From contig CAVUSO010000001.1 in NCBI GenBank assembly GCA_963744145.1, positions 4,288,001 through 4,352,000 on the forward strand: DNA of 64,000 nt, read 5' to 3'. Shown here piece by piece: positions 22,551 to 34,706 of the stretch; within the stretch, counting starts at the first letter, position 1, and every line of letters starts with the position of its first letter. Source of the stretch: an uncultured cyanobacterium (GTDB taxonomy: Bacteria; Cyanobacteriota; Cyanobacteriia; Cyanobacteriales; CAWUOF01). Both the position numbers and the translations under genes were made by a program. The notes beneath the pieces are model-generated. The model did no database searches, had not been told where the DNA came from, and was given only the letters and a program-made list of their open reading frames with translations.

Positions 22551-23627
22551 CTAAAGTGTTAGAGTTTCCGTATTTTTTTTAGCAATTAGCAGATAAGTAG
22601 TCATTTCCCCCTTACCTTTAATGGGAATCGGTCCGCGTTGTTCTAACAAATAAGAATTACATAATCGGTCATAGGTGGTTTGGGTCACCTGAATAGCTCC
22701 AGCAATACCGTGAGATTCCATCCGACTAGCAATATTAACCGTGTCACCCCAGAGATCATAGATAAACTTATTCGTACCAATTACTCCTGCAACTACTGGT
22801 CCAGTATGAATTCCCATCCGCATTTTAAATAACTCTCCAGTTTTGGATTTAAATTGAGAAATTTCTTTTTGCATATCAATTGCCATATTTGCGACAGATT
22901 CTGCATGATCCTGACTTGGTGTGGGTAGACCACCGACTACCATATAAGCATCACCAATGGTTTTAATTTTTTCCAAACCATGTTTTTCCGCTAATCGATC
23001 AAAAGCCGAAAATATCTCATTGAGCCATTCTACTAATTCCGTTGGGGACATTCGCGTTGCCAACTTAGTAAAATCCACAATATCAGCAAACAAAACTGTC
23101 ACTTCCGCAAAGCTATCAGCAATTGTGGTTTGTTTTTGTTTAAGTCTTTCAGCAATTTGCTTAGGTAAGATACTCAGCAGCAAACGCTCAGAGTTTTCTT
23201 GTTCTATTTGCAATTTTTCTAAGTATGCTTGTTCCAAATCACGCAGCCTCTTTTTTTCTAAACTCGCTTCAATCCGAGCTTTGAGTAATATCGGATTAAA
23301 GGGTTTAGTTAAGTAGTCTTCTGCACCAAGTTCAATACATCTGACAATACTATCAATATCATCTAAGGCAGAAATTACAATCACCGGAATATGACGCAAA
23401 CTCGGATCAGCTTTCAACTGTTCAAGTACCTGATAGCCATTCATCCGTGGCATCATAATATCTAGAAAAACTAAATCAAAGGATGTAGCACGAATCATCT
23501 CCAGTGCTTCACAACCATCGACCGCCACAGCAACTGTATGACCTTGCCGTTGTAAACGTCGTCCGAGCAGGTCACGGTTAACCTCATTATCATCAACAAC
23601 CAGCACTGATGCCGGGGGGGGAGTCAT
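22551..23627 (-). CDS. REC-class III adenylate cyclase
   Basis: N-terminal REC; LFADIV, KTIGDAYM, YDLWGDTVNIASRMES; Lys/Asp pair typical of ATP specificity. Confidence 0.9.
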   Translation of the reverse strand: MTPPPASVLVVDDNEVNRDLLGRRLQRQGHTVAVAVDGCEALEMIRATSFDLVFLDIMMPRMNGYQVLEQLKADPSLRHIPVIVISALDDIDSIVRCIELGAEDYLTKPFNPILLKARIEASLEKKRLRDLEQAYLEKLQIEQENSERLLLSILPKQIAERLKQKQTTIADSFAEVTVLFADIVDFTKLATRMSPTELVEWLNEIFSAFDRLAEKHGLEKIKTIGDAYMVVGGLPTPSQDHAESVANMAIDMQKEISQFKSKTGELFKMRMGIHTGPVVAGVIGTNKFIYDLWGDTVNIASRMESHGIAGAIQVTQTTYDRLCNSYLLEQRGPIPIKGKGEMTTYLLIAKKNTETLTL

Positions 23628-24001
23628 CGATTAACCTCTTTGTCCAGCAGAGCTTCGATTTTCGACAATAGTCGAGTAAATTCCACAGGTTTAGTATCGT
23701 AATCGTCACAACCAGCAGCCAAGCATTTTTCCCGATCGCCAGCGATCGCGTGAGCTGTCAGAGCAATAATCGGAATCAATTTGGTCGTCGGTGATGCTTT
23801 AATCTGCTCTGTAGCTTGCCACCCATCTAGGACTGGTAGTCCCATATCCATCAAAATTAAATCGGGGATTTCTGACAGGGCGATCGCCACTCCTTGGCTA
23901 CCATCTATGGCCATGATTACTTGGTATCCCTTGCGCTGAAGACGCCGTGACAGCATATCCCGATTCATTTCGTTATCTTCTACCAACAATATTTTAGGCA
24001 T
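23624..24001 (-). CDS. Single-domain response regulator (DivK/CheY-like)
   Basis: ILLVEDN, DLILMD, ALTA and KP motifs; ATGA overlap with the cyclase gene. Confidence 0.92.
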   Translation of the reverse strand: MPKILLVEDNEMNRDMLSRRLQRKGYQVIMAIDGSQGVAIALSEIPDLILMDMGLPVLDGWQATEQIKASPTTKLIPIIALTAHAIAGDREKCLAAGCDDYDTKPVEFTRLLSKIEALLDKEVNR

Positions 24002-24330
24002 AAATTTCCTTCGCTTAGTAACCGTGGATTACGCCTGCCCAGGGAGTTGGGCCAAGGTACTCTAAGCAAGATAAAGGATGAAAGATAAATAATAAAAAAT
24101 GAATCAAATTCATCATTAGTAATTGGTGACTGTTTAATTGGTGATAGCGACTGTTTAGATCATTCTGTGGTTTGCTAAACTTAGCACTCTTTAAATATAT
24201 CTTGTTGCCTTTGAGTTGACGGCTTTAATTCCTGCCCTGATCTATTCCTGTCTTGGCTTGACCAGGAATTCTGGTCAATACTAGATCATGAACTTCTGGC
24301 AACAAAATATCCTGACTTGTGGTTCCTTGG

Positions 24331-27327
24331 CTAAGATTTGGTTGACATCACCTCATCTTCGACCAGCAGAATTTGTCCAACCCGACCAATTCTATATTTA
24401 TTTAATAATGCTGTCAGCCGTTTAGTATCAATCGGTTTCACCAAGTAGTCAGAAGCACCAAGGGCAAAACCAGTATTCTTCTCATCCATAAAAGTTAGCA
24501 AGATTACAGGCACATCGGCTAGCTCGGGATCTCCTTTTAGTGCTGATAAAACTTCCCAACCGTTCATCCCTGGTAAGAGTACATCTAGCAAAATCACATC
24601 GGGACTTCTCTCTTTGGCCATTTGTAACCCACTCACCCCATTGTCCGCATGGGCAATTTCCAACCCGGTTTTCCCTAAACGACGCTTCAATAAATCGTGA
24701 ATTGCAGGATCGTCATCTATTACCAATATTAAACCTGGTTTCAAAATTCCAGTGCCCATATGGTCGGGTTCTTCTAAATCAAGCGGATTTTGGGTCAAAA
24801 TCTCTGGTGGTGGGGCCAAAGTGACTTGTCGTGGTAGACTGATGGTAAAAGTAGAGCCAATCCCGATCGCACTGGTGACGCTAATATCACCACCCATCAT
24901 CAGGCAAAATTTCTTGGTAATAGCTAGACCCAAACCAGTCCCACCATATTGGCGAGTTGTACTAGGATCGGCTTGAATAAAAGCATCAAATATGCCTTCT
25001 ATCTGTCCCGTGGTCATCCCAATCCCATTATCGGTAACCTCAAAAATGATCAAATCATCGATTTTTTGACTGAGTTGGCGATCGCTGTCAGTTTGATTTG
25101 CTTGATTTGGTAGTTTTTCGGATGCAACAGCCTTAACTACTAGACTAATTTTACCTTTTTCGGTAAATTTGGCAGCGTTGCTGAGTAAATTTAGTAAAGC
25201 TTGACGAATTTTAGTTTGATCTGCATACATTATGCCAATATCGTCAGGACAATTAATTTCTAAAATATTGTCTTTTTTTTCAATCATTGGCATGATTGTA
25301 CTCTGGACTTCAAAGATTAATTTTGATAGATCAATTTTTTCTAAATAAAGCTCCATCCGTCCAGCTTCAATTTTCGAGATATCTAAGATATCATTAATTA
25401 AAGTCAGTAAATGTTTTCCCGCGGCTTGAATTTTGCTTAAATCAGAGACAATATCATCATAGCCAAATTCTAATACTTCCTCTTGTAGCATTTCACTATA
25501 GCCAATAATCGCATTTAAAGGTGTTCTTAGTTCATGGCTCATATTTGCCAAAAATTGGCTTTTAGCGCGATTAGCAGATTCAGCCAGTTCTTTAGCTTGT
25601 TGTAATTCTTGCTGCGATCGCTTATTCAGCGTAATATCACGGAATGTGCCCGTATAAAAAGATTCTTTACCTAATTTCGCTTCTGCTATACTTACTTCCA
25701 TCGGGAAAGTTGAACCATCTGCACGTTTACCCACCAGTTCCGTTGTTTGATTGATTGCGGTGAAAAAATCCTTGGGAGATTCCTGATTTTTCTCATTTGC
25801 AGATTCCGCGATTAAACAGGTAATCGGTTGACCAATAATCTCCCAGTCTCCATAGCCAAAAATTCTCGTTGCGGCTGGATTAAACGTATCGATTAACAAT
25901 TCTGGTTTAGAAAAAGTAATAATGCCATCCATCACATTCTTAATGATAGCATCAGTTCTGGTGACAGTTTTTTCTAAAGAATCCATCACTTGATTATAAC
26001 GAGCCGCAATCAGCCCAACTTCGGTAAAAGATTCTACCGGAACTCGCAAACTCAGGTCTTCTTTTTCCGATTGCATTTCCATCGCGGTACAGAGATTAAA
26101 TAGATCATTAGTAGCACCATGTTCAGTAATATTTAAACCAATCAATTCGTCAGCCGCAGTCACTCGCAAAGGTGAGAAACTATCAGTAATTTTCAGAATT
26201 AAATAACTAACGCCAAAAGACCATAAAAAACAAACCAATATTCCTAGCAATTGTACTTGTAATTGTTGCCAGTGAGTTAAATTTGTACCAAGTTGTTCTG
26301 ATTGACCAAAAATAGCAACTGCTAAAGTTCCCCAAATCCCTCCACCTAAATGAACTGGAATTGCTCCTACAGCATCATCAATTTGGAATTTTTCTAGACA
26401 TTTTTCCACTAATAGCATTACTATACTCGCGATCGCACCGATACATATCGCCCCACTCGATGTTACTGCATGACAATTAGCCGTAATCGCTACTAAACTA
26501 GCTAAAACACCACAAATCAGCAAATGTATATGATCTTGTTTCTTTCGACCCCATCCCCAAACTAAGATAGTCACTAACCCAGCTACCCCAGCTAAGACAG
26601 TATTAGTAATTATTTGAGGAATAGTTGTATTAGCTGCTAAGGTACTACCTCCATTAAATCCAAACCAACCAAACCACAATAACATGGTGCCTAATATCGC
26701 TAAAGGTAAATTCCCACCAGCAATTTTTTGGGATAACCCATGAGCCAGAAAACGTCCAGTCCTTGGACCGATCACCAGCACTGCGGCTAAAGATACCCAT
26801 CCTCCCACACTGTGAACTACACTCGAACCAGCAAAATCGACAAATCCTTTTGACCCTAACCAACCTGTTAATAATCCTGTATCATGACCATGCCAAACCC
26901 AATGACCAAAAATCGGGTAAATCAAACCAGAAATTATCGCAGTAACAATAATATAACTGTGAAAACGCATTCGTTCGGCTACAGCACCGGACAGAATGGT
27001 GACTGTGGTGGAACAGAACATCGCTTCAAATAAAAAAAACACTGCTAACCAGTTATTCCCATTTTGATCGTGACTAAACCCAAGGTTGGGCATAAACCCA
27101 CTAGTCCCAATCCAACCACTAGCGGAATTACCAAACATTAAGGCAAATCCAAACATCCAAAATAAAATAATTGATACACCAAAATCAGTCAGGTTTTTAA
27201 TCGCGACATTGATATTATTTTTACTGCGAGTTAGCCCCGATTCTAGACAGACAAACCCAGCTTGCATCATAAATACAGCACAGGCGCTAATTGTAACCCA
27301 AAGTAGATCTAGCAGTGATTTTTCCAT
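24331..27327 (-). CDS. Ammonium transporter-PAS-histidine kinase-REC fusion
   Basis: Amt motifs [45 protein letters not shown]; stub of a second REC at the C-terminus. Confidence 0.9.
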   Translation of the reverse strand: MEKSLLDLLWVTISACAVFMMQAGFVCLESGLTRSKNNINVAIKNLTDFGVSIILFWMFGFALMFGNSASGWIGTSGFMPNLGFSHDQNGNNWLAVFFLFEAMFCSTTVTILSGAVAERMRFHSYIIVTAIISGLIYPIFGHWVWHGHDTGLLTGWLGSKGFVDFAGSSVVHSVGGWVSLAAVLVIGPRTGRFLAHGLSQKIAGGNLPLAILGTMLLWFGWFGFNGGSTLAANTTIPQIITNTVLAGVAGLVTILVWGWGRKKQDHIHLLICGVLASLVAITANCHAVTSSGAICIGAIASIVMLLVEKCLEKFQIDDAVGAIPVHLGGGIWGTLAVAIFGQSEQLGTNLTHWQQLQVQLLGILVCFLWSFGVSYLILKITDSFSPLRVTAADELIGLNITEHGATNDLFNLCTAMEMQSEKEDLSLRVPVESFTEVGLIAARYNQVMDSLEKTVTRTDAIIKNVMDGIITFSKPELLIDTFNPAATRIFGYGDWEIIGQPITCLIAESANEKNQESPKDFFTAINQTTELVGKRADGSTFPMEVSIAEAKLGKESFYTGTFRDITLNKRSQQELQQAKELAESANRAKSQFLANMSHELRTPLNAIIGYSEMLQEEVLEFGYDDIVSDLSKIQAAGKHLLTLINDILDISKIEAGRMELYLEKIDLSKLIFEVQSTIMPMIEKKDNILEINCPDDIGIMYADQTKIRQALLNLLSNAAKFTEKGKISLVVKAVASEKLPNQANQTDSDRQLSQKIDDLIIFEVTDNGIGMTTGQIEGIFDAFIQADPSTTRQYGGTGLGLAITKKFCLMMGGDISVTSAIGIGSTFTISLPRQVTLAPPPEILTQNPLDLEEPDHMGTGILKPGLILVIDDDPAIHDLLKRRLGKTGLEIAHADNGVSGLQMAKERSPDVILLDVLLPGMNGWEVLSALKGDPELADVPVILLTFMDEKNTGFALGASDYLVKPIDTKRLTALLNKYRIGRVGQILLVEDEVMSTKS

Positions 27328-27402
27328 GACTGATCACATCTAAATTGTCTAGCTGAATTTTTCTCTATGGGAGAAATTTTTTCCTGATTATGGTTCAATA
27401 AG

Positions 27403-27653
27403 GTTCAGTTAAGAATTTTTTTTTGGATATCCGGGCGAAAAACCGGGCGAAGCATTCGGATCTAAGATTAATGGATTTAAGTGATAAATTATCGCCCGAA
27501 TGCTTCGCCCCTACTGGGATTGTGCCCCATATTTATTCAGATATCCGGGCGAAAAATCGGGCGAAGCATTCGGATCTAAGATTAACGATTTAAGTGATAA
27601 ATTATCGCCCGAATGCTTCGCCCCTACTGGGATTGTGCCCCATATTCATTCAG
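27403..27653. repeat. Two tandem copies (about 114 bp) of a REP-like hairpin (gggcgaagcattcg...cgaatgcttcgccc-ctac) plus a ggttcagttaag end
   Basis: Direct inspection; reverse complement of hairpin B in the 405-bp unit. Confidence 0.85.
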
Positions 27654-27840
27654 ATCAATTAATCAATCTAGCAAATGCACACCTAGCTTACTGAGTATTA
27701 ATTTTAATTATCAAAAAATAAATGGCCCAAAGGTATTTCCCATTGTAGCCTGGTTTTTCGATTACATATTGCCTATATTACCTGATTTTTTTCCTAAATA
27801 TTGACAGAAAATTTCCGATCGGCTAGGTAATTTTCCCCAA

Positions 27841-28849
27841 CTAATTAAGTAAATCTAAGCGGGGATTAAAGGTTTCAATTTGACGAAGTTTTTCATACAG
27901 TTCTTTTTCCTCGGGACTAGGGTCAGGAGGAGCAACGATTTGGATTTCTACCAACTGATCACCCCGATCGCCAGTTCCGTTAGGATAACCTTTACCAGCT
28001 AAACGCAATTTTTGTCCAGAAGTAACTCCAGGAGGAACTTTCATATTGACTAACCCATCAAGGGTAGGTACGGAAATTTTCCCACCTAAAACTGCTTCAC
28101 TGGGAGTAATGGGTAATTCACAATAAATATCTGTACCTTCGACCCGAAAGAAGGGATGGGAAGCTACGGTAATTTTTAAATATAAATCTCCCCCATCAAT
28201 ACCTTGACCTTTCAACCGGATGCGCTGACCAGTTATCATTGCTGGGGGCATGGTTACTTCTAAAGTGCGTCCATCTTCTAGTCGAATCCGTTCGTATCCT
28301 CCTTGATAAGCTTTATCAAGAGGTAAAGTTAGTCTTGCTTCTATGTCTTTACGATTAGAACGAGAAGTAACAGTATAAGCTGTTTTTGTCGTACCCGGTC
28401 GAAACGGATCAGTGGAATTAGTTCTGGCACTTTTTGTGGTACTATTAGCAGTGCTAACATGGGCTTCTTCACAACGTTCCTAACAGGGTATCAACAAAAG
28501 CATTAAAGTCAGGATAATCATCAAACTTAATTTCTTCTGTACTAGTACGACTGTTGGCACTTCGATTATCCCAGGTTCTGGCACCTGATGTTTTCACCGT
28601 AGTTTTGCCTTGAAATCCTCTTTGCTTCCAAAATTTACTAAATTCGTCATATTGGGCTCTTTTATTTAGATCGGAAAGCACTTCATAAGCTTCACCAATA
28701 TCTTTAAATTTTTCTTCAGCAGATTTATTACCAGGATTTAAGTCAGGGTGATATTGTCGCGCTAGTCGGCGATAAACTTTTTTGATTTCTTCAATAGTTG
28801 CATCTTTAGATACTCCGAGAATATCGTAATAGTTCCGAAAATTCTGCAT
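27841..28849 (-). CDS. dnaJ: DnaJ-class chaperone (J domain + DnaJ_C), single-base frameshift at about 28478
   Basis: HPD motif; the shifted frame continues [10 protein letters not shown]...[10 protein letters not shown]...LEVTMPP into the C-terminal ORF; directly downstream of dnaK3. Confidence 0.85.
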
Positions 28850-28997
28850 AATTATTGGTAATAACTTATTCTGAATGGATGTTTTTTTTTCAAGTATATA
28901 AAAGTGAAGAGTGAGTCAGAAAAAAGAGCAGTTGCTACTTATGATTTGTTCACTCTGCACTATTGATCAGGGATAATCGGGGCAGATTGTTTAGAGT

Positions 28998-31025
28998 TTA
29001 AATCCAATCATCGTCATCTTCCTCATCCCAATTATCACTTTGATTCATTGATCTGCGTCCCTCAACTCGACGGGAACGACTAGCACTGATTCGGTCAGAA
29101 GAACGTCTTTCTCTGGGAGAACGATTTTCTTTATTAGTAGTCCCTTCTCGAATACTGCTAAAGGTCCGACGAAAAGACTCAAATAAGTCATCATCATCAT
29201 CATCTTCACGGGAATATTGGTAGATTTCACGATTGAGTTCATAAATTGCATCTTGCAGATCAGCTCCAGTGCGGTCAATGATGCGTTCATCATTGGTAGC
29301 TAGAGCATCTCGCAACTCACGAACCAAGTTTTCAATCCGCGATCGCAACCCTTGAGCAAAAGGCATACCATAATCTAGTACCACTTCGCGCAGTTGTCTT
29401 TCAGCTTGATATGCTAAAGCTTCAGCGCGATTGCGTTTTTCAATCTGTTCTCGTTGGAGCCGATCGGTTTGGGCAAATTTTTCTGCATCTTGGATCATCC
29501 GACTCACTTCTCCTTGAGAAAGAGTCGAAGCTCCTTGAATCGTAATCCCCTGTTCTCTTCCCGTGGTTCTTTCTAAAGCCGTCACCTGTAAAATCCCGTT
29601 AGCATCAATATCAAACGATACCTGAATTTGGGGTATACCGCGTGGAGCTGGGGGAATACCAGTCAGTTTAAACCGTCCGAGGGACTTATTATCAGTTGCC
29701 ATTTCCCGTTCACCTTGGAGAACGTGAATTTCGACCAAGGTTTGGTTATTTTCTGCGGTGGAAAAGGTATCGGAACGACGCACGGGAATTGTGGTATTGC
29801 GAGGGATGAGTTTTTTCAGGACACCACCGATGGTTTCTAAACCCAAGGATAGGGGAGTCACATCTAAGAGCAAAATATCCTTTACCTCACCCCCTAAAAT
29901 TCCCGCTTGAATGGCTGCACCAACCGCAACTACTTCATCAGGATTAACATTTTCGTTAGGTTCTTTATCAATTAAACTGCGGACTAGCTGTTTGACTAGG
30001 GGAATCCGAGTCGAACCACCCACTAAAACTACTTCGTCAATTTGGGATGAACGGAGATTGGCATCACTTAGGGCCCGTTTGACTGGCGATCGCAAACGAC
30101 TAATCAAATCACCACATAAACCTTCAAACTGCGCTCGAGTCAGACGAGTTTCGATATGTTTTGGCCCATCTTCTGTGGCCGTAATAAAGGGTAAATTAAT
30201 TTCCGTGACAGTTACCCCGGACAGTTCAATTTTCGCCTTTTCCGCAGCTTCCATGAGTCTTTGTAAAGCTTGGCGATCGCGACGTAAATCTACCCCTTCA
30301 GCTTCGAGAAAAGCATCTGCTAACCAATCAACGATTTTTTTATCAAAATCATTACCACCGAGTTGGGTATCACCACTGGTGGCTTTAACTTCAAATACAC
30401 CATCACCGACTTCTAGGATGGAAACATCAAACGTCCCACCACCTAAATCAAACACCAAAATTGTTTGATGATCTTGCCGATCTAGTCCATATGCTAATGC
30501 TGCTGCGGTTGGTTCATTGAGAATCCGCTTTACTTCCAGCCCAGCAATACTACCTGCATCTCTAGTCGCTTGTCGCTGTGAGTCATTAAAATAGGCAGGT
30601 ACGGTAATTACGGCACCAGTGATTGGTTGTCCCAGATAACGACTAGCTTCTTCAGCTAATTTTCGCAGCACCATCGCGGATATTTCTTCTGGGGCGAAAT
30701 CTTTTTTGAGCCGGGGACACTTGATTTTAATGTTGGCGTTTTCATCACGAGCGACGGTGTAGGGAATTCGTTTCGACTCCGGGTTGAGTTCAGCGTATTT
30801 ACGACCGATAAACCGTTTGACTGCATAAAAGGTATTTTGAGGATTGAGTACAGCTTGCCGTCTCGCCATTTGTCCGACTAGACGTTCCCCTTCTTTACTG
30901 AAGCCTACTACAGAGGGAGTTGTCCGCATTCCTTCTGCATTGGCGATCACAACTGGTTTCCCGCCTTCCATGACGGCTACTACTGAGTTAGTTGTACCCA
31001 GATCAATGCCGACTACTTTGCCCAT
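28998..31025 (-). CDS. dnaK: Hsp70 chaperone, cyanobacterial DnaK3 type
   Basis: GIDLGTTNS and [10 protein letters not shown]; acidic tail WDEEDDDDW; operon with dnaJ. Confidence 0.95.
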   Translation of the reverse strand: MGKVVGIDLGTTNSVVAVMEGGKPVVIANAEGMRTTPSVVGFSKEGERLVGQMARRQAVLNPQNTFYAVKRFIGRKYAELNPESKRIPYTVARDENANIKIKCPRLKKDFAPEEISAMVLRKLAEEASRYLGQPITGAVITVPAYFNDSQRQATRDAGSIAGLEVKRILNEPTAAALAYGLDRQDHQTILVFDLGGGTFDVSILEVGDGVFEVKATSGDTQLGGNDFDKKIVDWLADAFLEAEGVDLRRDRQALQRLMEAAEKAKIELSGVTVTEINLPFITATEDGPKHIETRLTRAQFEGLCGDLISRLRSPVKRALSDANLRSSQIDEVVLVGGSTRIPLVKQLVRSLIDKEPNENVNPDEVVAVGAAIQAGILGGEVKDILLLDVTPLSLGLETIGGVLKKLIPRNTTIPVRRSDTFSTAENNQTLVEIHVLQGEREMATDNKSLGRFKLTGIPPAPRGIPQIQVSFDIDANGILQVTALERTTGREQGITIQGASTLSQGEVSRMIQDAEKFAQTDRLQREQIEKRNRAEALAYQAERQLREVVLDYGMPFAQGLRSRIENLVRELRDALATNDERIIDRTGADLQDAIYELNREIYQYSREDDDDDDLFESFRRTFSSIREGTTNKENRSPRERRSSDRISASRSRRVEGRRSMNQSDNWDEEDDDDWI

Positions 31026-31305
31026 GCTTTGCGGTTCTCCTCGCGTCTATTGTCACTTAATTTTGAGAACATTTTCTTTATTTATTGTATCTTGCTGCTA
31101 AAGATCCACAATTACCGATCGCCACAGGGTTGACTTAACAGGGGGGAAATCCGTACTTATACCAGAAATTATGGCTTTGTTTCCTATAATTGAGGATATT
31201 TTCTTTGTTTCCCTGGTTTAATTTGATCAATCTAGAAGTTGGATAGCAAAATTCCTTAATTTGGGATTTTTGGTAACTATAATCTTAATTTCTTTAATAA
31301 GATTT

Positions 31306-31430
31306 TAGACCTCTTGCAAAAATAAATAGGACAGGCAAGATGCCTGTCCCACCAGAATCAATAACTTTTGTGGGACAGGCATCTTGCCTGTCAATAACAT
31401 AGATCAATAAGGACTTTTGCAAGAGGTCTA
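31306..31430. mobile_element. MITE-like element with 16-bp terminal inverted repeats enclosing a REP pair
   Basis: tagacctcttgcaaaa ... ttttgcaagaggtcta; internal gacaggcaagatgcctgtcccac / gtgggacaggcatcttgcctgtc. Confidence 0.8.
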
Positions 31431-31447
31431 TTACATTAAAATTTTAA

Positions 31448-31636
31448 AAAAAAATAGGGCGGAGGGTATTGGGGTTCGCCTTTCCATTCCCACCGTCCCG
31501 AGAGCCTAGCTACTGCTGATAAGCATATTTGGTGTTAGCAGCGTATGTTCTTTTTGTACTCTCTCTTGCTCCGATCGCGCAATCTGGAGTGTTGTCGGGG
31601 GTGAATTGATGTAGATCCACTCTCACCAAATCCTTG
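31448..31636 (-). ncRNA. Candidate sRNA divergent from crtP
   Basis: TATAAT on the - strand at 31643-31648; internal hairpin gctgctaac...tatcagcagt; long GC hairpin followed by a U-tract at about 31448-31495. Confidence 0.4.
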
Positions 31637-31678
31637 TCTCAAATTATAAATTTCTCAATTTAGCTCATTCCCTGCGGT

Positions 31679-31703
31679 GATGTAACGGAATGTAACTTAT
31701 AAT
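31679..31703. promoter_or_regulatory. HLR1 (RpaB-box)-like direct repeat abutting the crtP -10 box
   Basis: - strand GTTACATT-CC-GTTACATC at 31679-31696; TATAAT at 31698-31703. Confidence 0.55.
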
Positions 31704-31739
31704 GAGAACGAAAAAAAACTGAATGCTTGGGAAAGGTAA

Positions 31740-33158
<1,419 letters not shown>

Positions 33159-33221
33159 CCCCACCTTACCCAAGTTTTGAAATTACTCAAGGCGGAATGC
33201 TGATCCCTGAGCTAACTGGAA

Positions 33222-34151
33222 ATGCTGCAATTGTCTAAGACTTCTTCCACCAGAAACCTGACCACCCGGTCAGACGCTTACGAACTATGTCGCCAAATCA
33301 CAGCCAAATACGGGAAAACCTTTTATTTAGGCACTCTCTTAATGTCGCCACCAAAGCGTAAGGCTATTTGGGCAATTTATGCTTGGTGTCGTCGCACTGA
33401 TGAATTGGTTGATGGTCCATTAGCAAGTAATACCACTTTAGAAACTCTTGATCGCTGGGAAGAGCGGCTAGAATCTATCTTTGCTGGCAATCCGATCGAT
33501 GATTATGATGTGGCTTTAGTTGATACGGTCAAATCCTTTCCACTGGATATTCAGCCATTCCGAGATATGATTGCTGGTCAAAGAATGGATTTATATCGTA
33601 GTCGTTATCAAACTTTTGAAGATTTAAATCTTTACTGTTATCGTGTGGCTGGTACGGTGGGATTGATGTCTAATGCGGTGATGGGAGTGAATACTTCCCA
33701 CTCGATCGCTCCTTGGCATCATGATCAGTTACCTTATATTCCCAATCAAGAAGCGATCGCTTTAGGAATTGCGGGTCAGTTAACTAACATTTTACGAGAT
33801 GTGGGCGAAGATGCTCATCGGGGTCGAATTTATTTACCCTTAGATGAGTTAGCTGCATTTAATTATACGGAACAGGATTTATTGAATGGAGTTGTCGATC
33901 AGCGCTGGTGTGAATTCATGCGCTTTCAAATTCAACGGGCGCGTCAGTTTTATGCTCAAGCCGAAAAAGGAATTAGCATTTTAAGTCAAGATGCGCGTTG
34001 GCCAGTTTGGTCGGCGCTGATGCTATATAGTCAGATTTTAAATGTGATTGAACAAAACCACTATGATGTATTCCGTCGTCGCGCCTTTGTGCCCAGTTTC
34101 CGCAAGTTAATTTATTTACCCATTGCTTGGCTGAGAGCCCAGGTGCTGTAG
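33222..34151 (+). CDS. crtB: Phytoene synthase
   Basis: RRTDELVD, YCYRVAGTVG and LTNILRDVGED motifs. Confidence 0.96.
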   Translation: MLQLSKTSSTRNLTTRSDAYELCRQITAKYGKTFYLGTLLMSPPKRKAIWAIYAWCRRTDELVDGPLASNTTLETLDRWEERLESIFAGNPIDDYDVALVDTVKSFPLDIQPFRDMIAGQRMDLYRSRYQTFEDLNLYCYRVAGTVGLMSNAVMGVNTSHSIAPWHHDQLPYIPNQEAIALGIAGQLTNILRDVGEDAHRGRIYLPLDELAAFNYTEQDLLNGVVDQRWCEFMRFQIQRARQFYAQAEKGISILSQDARWPVWSALMLYSQILNVIEQNHYDVFRRRAFVPSFRKLIYLPIAWLRAQVL

Positions 34152-34155
34152 GTAG

Positions 34156-34189
34156 AGGTTATAGGTAATCAGGCGATCGCCTATAACCT
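34156..34189. terminator. Hairpin between convergent crtB and the RRM gene
   Basis: aggttatagg...cctataacct inverted repeat. Confidence 0.5.
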
Positions 34190-34205
34190 GGAATCAATAA
34201 GATAA

Positions 34206-34706
34206 TTAGGTATTGGTAGCTTGAGCGGCCAACATTTGCTTTAGCTTTGCTAATTCTTGAGCCCAACGGGGATCTGGTTGAATTGCATCGTTATCGGAAT
34301 TAGCTGTGCTGGTAGACCGCTTGGATTTGTTATTGTTCTTGCGGCGATTACTACTAGAATTACCACTACCAGAACTTTTTTCACTATTACCAGTGTGGCT
34401 CGGAGCGCTAACTGTAGTAGGACGAGGAGTCCCTCCTTCCTCCTCGCTTTTACCCTTAGAACGAGGTAACGCTTTTTCAATTTTCAAGGCGCTTTCTTTG
34501 AAGGCATAGCCGTTATACTTTTCAATAATTTGGTCGGCTTGTTCTTCGGTCTTCACGGTGACAAATCCAAACCCCCGACATTTACCGGTTTTGCGATCGG
34601 TGATCACCTTGGTGGAAACGGAATCTCCTTCTTGTGCAAATACCGCAGCTAGCTCTTGACGATCTAGCTCTTTTGGTAAATTACCTACATATAAACGAAT
34701 AGACAT
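34206..34706 (-). CDS. RRM RNA-binding protein (Rbp3/RbpG-like)
   Basis: RNP2 LYVGNL, RNP1 RGFGFV, C-terminal QPDPRWA tail. Confidence 0.9.
   Translation of the reverse strand: MSIRLYVGNLPKELDRQELAAVFAQEGDSVSTKVITDRKTGKCRGFGFVTVKTEEQADQIIEKYNGYAFKESALKIEKALPRSKGKSEEEGGTPRPTTVSAPSHTGNSEKSSGSGNSSSNRRKNNNKSKRSTSTANSDNDAIQPDPRWAQELAKLKQMLAAQATNT

Noticed and set aside
27500..27804. Two ORFs starting MLRPYWDCAP
   Set aside because: Translations of the duplicated REP hairpin.
27328..27840. NtcA site upstream of the Amt kinase
   Set aside because: No GTA-N8-TAC found by eye.
29911..30468. 185-aa + strand ORF (likewise 21275-21754 and 22957-23316)
   Set aside because: Antisense shadows of dnaK, the kinase and the cyclase.
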